From: Candidatus Saccharimonadota bacterium
Lineage (GTDB): Bacteria; Patescibacteriota; Saccharimonadia; Saccharimonadales; Saccharimonadaceae
Reading direction: 5' to 3'
Assembly: GCA_017510835.1 (NCBI GenBank)
Contig: JAFWLZ010000034.1
Span: forward strand, 607 to 64,606
DNA: 64,000 nt
Shown here: piece after piece, positions 63,840 through 64,000 of the stretch
How positions within the stretch are numbered: position 1 is the first letter of the stretch
Layout of the letters: each line of letters begins with the position of its first letter
Translations under genes and position numbers: made by a program
Notes under the pieces: generated by a model
The model's database searches: none
Seen by the model: only the letters and a program-made list of their open reading frames with translations
Told to the model about the DNA's origin: nothing

Positions 63840-64000
63840 ATGCCTATGGCAAAAACAACAAAAAAACAAACACGAAACAACACTAGCAGAAATATAATAT
63901 ACCTCTTAATCGTTATGATTTTGGTGGCAGTAATTGTATTGGGCGGCCTCGCAATTGCGAAACTCGCGCATAAAGACGAGGGCGAAAAAGATGACGCCCA
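63840..64000 (+). CDS. membrane-anchored protein, 5' part only (runs off the right edge)
   Basis: AGGAG lies 6 nt upstream of ATG 63840. MPMAKTTKKQTRNNTSRNIIYLLIVMILVAVIVLGGLAIAKL... Confidence 0.45.
   Translation, partial: MPMAKTTKKQTRNNTSRNIIYLLIVMILVAVIVLGGLAIAKLAHKDEGEKDDA

Noticed and set aside
1-64000. Search for CRISPR arrays, rRNA genes, transposases/integrases and IS inverted repeats
   Set aside because: No regularly spaced direct repeats were seen; the only periodic sequence is the coding repeat in 29051..35968. No rRNA-like conserved blocks and no DDE/tyrosine/serine recombinase motifs occur in any listed ORF.

Overview
This is a gene-dense 64-kb chromosomal window. Gene content suggests a reduced-genome, Gram-positive-like Patescibacteria/CPR organism such as Saccharibacteria. 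That assignment is an inference from half-size TsaB, a ComEC lacking the beta-lactamase domain, lamin-tail-domain proteins, type IV pilin genes and giant surface proteins. I cannot confirm it without a database search.

Housekeeping genes recognised by motif:
- ftsH (5' part only), rny, tsaB, tsaE, comEC, metG and ruvC
- a murC-like ligase, aspS, smpB, glmS, uppS and a dus-type dihydrouridine synthase
- five tRNAs: Pro-CGG, Leu-CAG, initiator Met, a CAT-anticodon tRNA and Asn-GTT

Envelope and surface content dominates the rest:
- a four-gene type IV minor-pilin operon (2344-6736)
- an LTA-synthase-family protein
- an LTD protein followed by a Cys-repeat/TM protein
- a glycan-synthesis cluster (52367-57012)
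- a MucBP adhesin
- three paralogous secreted proteins sharing a TasA/BsaA-like N-terminal module with a SipW-type signal (18778-20787, 38309-40327 and a 2305-aa beta-helix giant at 29051-35968)
- a 1070-aa membrane protein of unknown family

Most notable observations:
1. An orphan Csx3/Crn3-like ring-nuclease homologue (57347-57664) has a consensus promoter, a roughly 200-nt structured leader and complementary segments bracketing the ORF. No cas gene or CRISPR array is present in the window.
2. The TasA-like N-module appears to serve as a reusable secretion or polymerisation handle for very different passenger regions.
3. An in-frame TGA separates the LTD protein from its probable Cys-rich/TM anchor.
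4. At least 17 genes have a -10 box 6-7 nt upstream of the start codon, which implies leaderless mRNAs.
5. A tRNA-flanked patch (20968-24876) looks foreign in composition and uses Shine-Dalgarno-led genes.

No rRNA, CRISPR array, transposase or integrase was seen.
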